Virus record (IMG/VR): IMGVR_UViG_3300026196_000020
Location: 1 to 28,145 of that record
Length of the DNA: 28,145 nt
Strand: one strand, 5' to 3'
From: a virus
Lineage: Duplodnaviria; Caudoviricetes
In this document: piece after piece, positions 25,534-28,145 of the stretch
Layout of the letters: each line of letters begins with the position of its first letter
Position numbering within the stretch: the first letter of the stretch is position 1
Position numbers and translations under genes: made by a program
Notes under the pieces: generated by a model
The model's database searches: none
Told to the model about the DNA's origin: nothing
Seen by the model: the letters and a program-made list of their open reading frames with translations, nothing else

Positions 25534-25590
25534 GTTTAGTTCTCCGTTTCTGGTGCAGCAGGCGCACCGCTGGTTAATTTCGCGTTATAA
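25473..25590 (+). other. attC-like site (118 bp, L'' degenerate)
   Basis: CCATAAC...AG-A-CGGTGCGCC pairing with GGCGCACCGCT, then GGTTAAT TTCGC GTTATAA. Confidence 0.65.
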
Positions 25591-25592
25591 CG

Positions 25593-25793
25593 CTAATCCC
25601 AATACCCACGGGTGCATGGTTTCCCCCCGTTCAGCGCAATCTGCACGTCTGCAAGAGCCTGCGCATATCCCCCGGCGTATCCCTCGCCACTTAGCCCACG
25701 CGCGAACTTTCCGCCACTTTTGGCTGACGACTCGATCTCCTTTTGAACATTCGTCTGTGCCCTGTCTAATGCTCTCTTTATTCCCGTTGCCAT
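25593..25793 (-). CDS. hypothetical protein (66 aa)
   Basis: GAGGAGG RBS before ATG 25793 (MATGIKRALD...); EGYAGGYAQAL motif. Confidence 0.65.
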   Translation of the reverse strand: MATGIKRALDRAQTNVQKEIESSAKSGGKFARGLSGEGYAGGYAQALADVQIALNGGKPCTRGYWD

Positions 25794-26008
25794 AATCCCT
25801 CCTCGCTTGATAAATCTTGATCTGAATAATGCGACCCATAGCCTGCAATCCACTCCAGAGCCATGACGAATTGCACCGTGCCGCCGTACTTGCAATACCG
25901 GCGCACCGTCCGATCGCTGATCTGCATCCGGCGTGCTACTTCGCGTTGAGAGATTCCGGCCCTCGCAATGAGGGCGAGGATGTGGTTAGTGGTGGTGTCG
26001 ATGATCAT
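25778..26008 (-). CDS. Cro/XRE-like helix-turn-helix protein
   Basis: LIARAGISQREVARRMQISDRTVRRY. Confidence 0.8.
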   Translation of the reverse strand: MIIDTTTNHILALIARAGISQREVARRMQISDRTVRRYCKYGGTVQFVMALEWIAGYGSHYSDQDLSSEEGLWQRE

Positions 26009-26020
26009 GCCGTCGGTTTC

Positions 26021-26368
26021 CTATTCCCAGCAGCCCGTGCAGCTCCAGCAGTCCGTGCAGCGCGAGCAGCGCGAGCAGTCCGTGCAGTTCGTGCAGTTCG
26101 TGCAGTTCGTGCATTCCGTGCAGCCTGTGCATTCCGTGCATTCCGTGCATTCCGTGCATTCCGTGCATTCCGTGCATTCCGTGCAGCTCCAGCAGCCCAG
26201 GCATTCCGTGCAGAGCGTGCAGTTCCAGCAGCCTAAGTTGTTTTTGTTCTGTTCGACGTAATCAGGACGCTTAACCGCGAACGTTTTGCTTACACCGTTG
26301 ACGCGCTTGTCAGCACGTTCCCGGAATGCTTTAAAGCTCTCAAATATCTTTGTTTCAGCCGTCATCAT
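26021..26368 (-). CDS. cysteine-rich (Cxx)23 repeat protein
   Basis: GGGAG RBS, promoter upstream, 23 Cys at 3-residue spacing. Confidence 0.8.
   Translation of the reverse strand: MMTAETKIFESFKAFRERADKRVNGVSKTFAVKRPDYVEQNKNNLGCWNCTLCTECLGCWSCTECTECTECTECTECTECTGCTECTNCTNCTNCTDCSRCSRCTDCWSCTGCWE
26127..26185. repeat. 9-bp tandem repeat, six perfect copies within a longer degenerate array
   Basis: GTGCATTCC x6, encodes CTE. Confidence 0.95.
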
Positions 26369-26421
26369 ATCAATCTCCCTTTTGGTGTTTTGCGGCTCGG
26401 CTATCTGCCTGCCATATGGTG

Positions 26422-26450
26422 AGTGTAGGGCATAGCGTCCTACGTGTCAA
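26422..26450 (-). promoter_or_regulatory. sigma70 promoter with overlapping operator-like inverted repeat
   Basis: TTGACA-17 bp-TACACT; GTAGGAC-N5-GCCCTAC at 26425-26443. Confidence 0.8.
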
Positions 26451-26770
26451 GCATTATTTGCATTATTTATCGCGTCCCCCATCAACCTTATGGCTGTTCC
26501 ATTCTGCACCATCTTTGTGCTGAACTTGAACACTCGCCATCCGAGCAGAGCTGCTTCATTGTATTTCTCGTAATCCTTCTCAATGCTTGAGCCTCTGTTG
26601 TGCCTGCCCTGAATCCAGGTGCCGCCTTCGATCTCGCAAGCAATCATCATGTCCGGCCATGCGAAATCGAAGCGCCAGCGCCTATCGGGATGAAACTTAT
26701 GCTCCCTGACCGGCTTCGGCAATTGGTCAATTCGACAATGCAGCGCAAATGTTTCTTCGCCTTCGCTCAT
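26447..26770 (-). CDS. PD-(D/E)xK endonuclease-like protein (DUF559/Vsr-like)
   Basis: EHKFHP.RRWRFDFAWP, EIEGG.W..GRH and D.EKYN.A..LGW motifs. Confidence 0.8.
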   Translation of the reverse strand: MSEGEETFALHCRIDQLPKPVREHKFHPDRRWRFDFAWPDMMIACEIEGGTWIQGRHNRGSSIEKDYEKYNEAALLGWRVFKFSTKMVQNGTAIRLMGDAINNANNA

Positions 26771-26798
26771 GCGGACTTCTGATGATCGTGTTCAGTGT

Positions 26799-27065
26799 TC
26801 ACAGTACCGGTTCCTTACCGCACATTGAGCACATTATCTTTGTGGCCGATATGATGTAGTGATAGTTGCCGCAATCGCACTGAAAATGCTCCTCCGGCTC
26901 TACTAACCCTTGCATCACGCCTTGAGCGCACCCGCATTCAGGGCAATCAAACACTCGTGTTCCGACTGGAGCAACACCGACCCACTCATGTTTGCAGCCA
27001 AGGCATACCATCGGGCCTGCCAAATGAGGGCGCATTGCTGATAGGTCTATTACGTTATCATTCAC
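26799..27065 (-). CDS. double zinc-ribbon protein
   Basis: CLGCKHEW, CPECG, CDCG and CSMCG. Confidence 0.7.
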   Translation of the reverse strand: MNDNVIDLSAMRPHLAGPMVCLGCKHEWVGVAPVGTRVFDCPECGCAQGVMQGLVEPEEHFQCDCGNYHYIISATKIMCSMCGKEPVL

Positions 27066-27089
27066 TTCTCACACTCCAGACAGGCGTTA

Positions 27090-27184
27090 TGGTACTCGTG
27101 GCTGGACTCGAACCAACATCGCGCCCTAATCTGGGGCATTTTACAGGGTATAAATCTGCCGCTCTACCATTGAGCTACACGAGC
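27090..27184 (-). tRNA. tRNA-Ile (anticodon TAT) with long variable arm, CCA encoded
   Basis: Acceptor GCTCGTG/CACGAGT, D-stem GCTC/GAGC, anticodon loop TT-TAT-AC, T-arm GTTGG-TTCGAGT-CCAGC, discriminator A, 95 nt. Confidence 0.85.
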
Positions 27185-27185
27185 T

Positions 27186-27347
27186 TTAATCATCGTCCAT
27201 TATATCACATGCGCGGCAAACTTCATCTTTTGAAATCCCGCCACCTAGCCAGAACCCCTTAGCCCACGCCAGCGCGTCCTTGTAATCCTTGAACGTGCCG
27301 CACTTTTTGCAGGTTCCAGCCATCATGTAATTGTGATGGTTAGCCAT
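27186..27347 (-). CDS. 53-aa zinc-finger-like protein (not in ORF track)
   Basis: MANHHNYMMAGTCKKCG...VCRACDIMDDD; two CxxC pairs; overlaps the upstream stop. Confidence 0.5.
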   Translation of the reverse strand: MANHHNYMMAGTCKKCGTFKDYKDALAWAKGFWLGGGISKDEVCRACDIMDDD

Positions 27348-27561
27348 CTTGCATATCCAACATATCTGCCGATATTAAATCAGCCATCGTAATTAAATTT
27401 ATTTCTATCCCCATAGCATTCGCCATTGCTCTCAGTTGTTTGCCTCTAGCCGCACAAGGAGCTATTATAATTGCTTTGTTATCAGCGCATTCTTGCAGCA
27501 TTCTCATTGTTCTTCCTTCGCGTCTTCCATAAAAAACACCAACCTTCATTGCGTCACCCAT
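27340..27561 (-). CDS. hypothetical protein
   Basis: GRREGRT resembles a degenerate P-loop fragment; co-oriented in the operon. Confidence 0.5.
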   Translation of the reverse strand: MGDAMKVGVFYGRREGRTMRMLQECADNKAIIIAPCAARGKQLRAMANAMGIEINLITMADLISADMLDMQDG

Positions 27562-27630
27562 TGCCCTTGCAGCCAGATTGCCAGCTTAGCATACCTGAAA
27601 CTAGTCGGCCTATTGAGCCTTGCGCCATTG

Positions 27631-27840
27631 TCATTGCCTTTCACCGATAATATCTGAAAGTAGTAGAGTTAGCTGGACGCAAAAGTCCCCGCCGTATTCG
27701 TCCCTGCCGATTGCATCAAACTTTGTTTCAGCCTCGAAGTAAGTTTTAGCTTCTACCTTCCGTACATCCACCACACAGCCGTTTGTTAGATGCTCTCCAA
27801 TCGATATTACACCGATATATGTATTTTCTTTTTTCATCAC
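27631..27840 (-). CDS. hypothetical protein
   Basis: GTGA overlap with the DUF1364 gene, AGGGGG RBS. Confidence 0.55.
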   Translation of the reverse strand: MMKKENTYIGVISIGEHLTNGCVVDVRKVEAKTYFEAETKFDAIGRDEYGGDFCVQLTLLLSDIIGERQ

Positions 27841-28145
27841 TTAACAACCCCCTTTATAGTTATGATTCCCTTTTCAATCAGCCTCCGCCATGTGCGAACC
27901 ATTGCGCGGCGAAAGTACCAATCCTTGTGCTGCTGAAACTCGCACCAATCATCATCAGACCATAAACCAGCCTTGCGTGAATCGGCAGCATCATGGCATG
28001 ACGCGCAGGCGTAGCAGGCAGATATATCGTCTGACTTCTTCCCCATTCCGTGCGATTCGTCGGGCAAATGCGCGAGGACGGTTGTCTCAGGCTGGCCGCA
28101 GCATATTCCGACGATCTGCAAAGTGCATTGCTCGCCCCTGGCGCT
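27837..28145 (-). CDS. DUF1364 (YbcO-like) nuclease-fold protein, truncated at the window end
   Basis: SARGEQCTLQI.GIC...PETTVLAH, GMG.KSDD and ACASCHD motifs; frame open to the window edge. Confidence 0.85.
   Translation of the reverse strand, partial: SARGEQCTLQIVGICCGQPETTVLAHLPDESHGMGKKSDDISACYACASCHDAADSRKAGLWSDDDWCEFQQHKDWYFRRAMVRTWRRLIEKGIITIKGVVK

Larger units (their letters stand above)
24434..25590 (+). mobile_element. array of three integron-type gene cassettes without integrase, ORFs antisense
   Basis: Complementary cores GTTATCTGCC/GGCAGATAAC and GTTAGCTGC/GCAGCTAAC; three attC-like sites. Confidence 0.8.

Noticed and set aside
25829-26261. His-rich (HGM)n and plus-strand repeat ORFs over the Cys-repeat gene
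   Set aside because: Alternative frames of a 9-bp repeat; only the Cys frame has a promoter, an RBS and a unique N-terminus
27090-27184. tRNA as an ochre (TTA) or amber suppressor
   Set aside because: Anticodon stem pairing GCAG/CTGT centres TAT in a 7-nt loop; shifting the register breaks the stem
27339-27345. GGCTAAC at the end of ORF 27340-27561 as a cassette core
   Set aside because: No complementary core at the gene start and no attC hairpin; explained by overlap with the ATG GCT AAC start of the next ORF
1-28145. An integron integrase or other tyrosine recombinase, or a reverse transcriptase (DGR/retron)
   Set aside because: No ORF shows the R-H-x-x-R-Y or YxDD motif sets; the genome is incomplete, so one could lie outside the window

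Overview
A partial genome of a tailed dsDNA podophage with a P22-like layout, probably infecting a proteobacterium. The left arm (1-3450, + strand) holds the end of ssb, a ninB-like gene and small accessory genes. It converges on a long minus-strand late region read right to left: Q-like gene, pR'/tR'-like promoter and terminator, terS, terL, portal, scaffold, major capsid, decoration, a Maf/DUF115 enzyme, adaptor, tail nozzle, GNAT, three ejection proteins, tail fibre and chaperone, M15 endolysin and holin. The right arm (minus strand) holds DUF1364, a tRNA, an endonuclease, a Cys-repeat/HTH module and accessory genes. The most striking feature is that accessory genes on both arms are built as integron-type gene cassettes. 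They are bracketed by complementary GTT.../...AAC core sites and separated by attC-like hairpins, one closely resembling the aadA attC. Each array starts at a conserved attI/dif-like site present three times. The ORFs run antisense to their attC, and in the right arm they take their Shine-Dalgarno and start codon from inside the attC. No integrase is in the window. Other oddities are a long-variable-arm tRNA-Ile(UAU), an in-frame amber codon splitting an ejection-protein gene, and a (Cxx)23 repeat protein. All protein calls come from motif recognition and synteny by eye, not from database searches.
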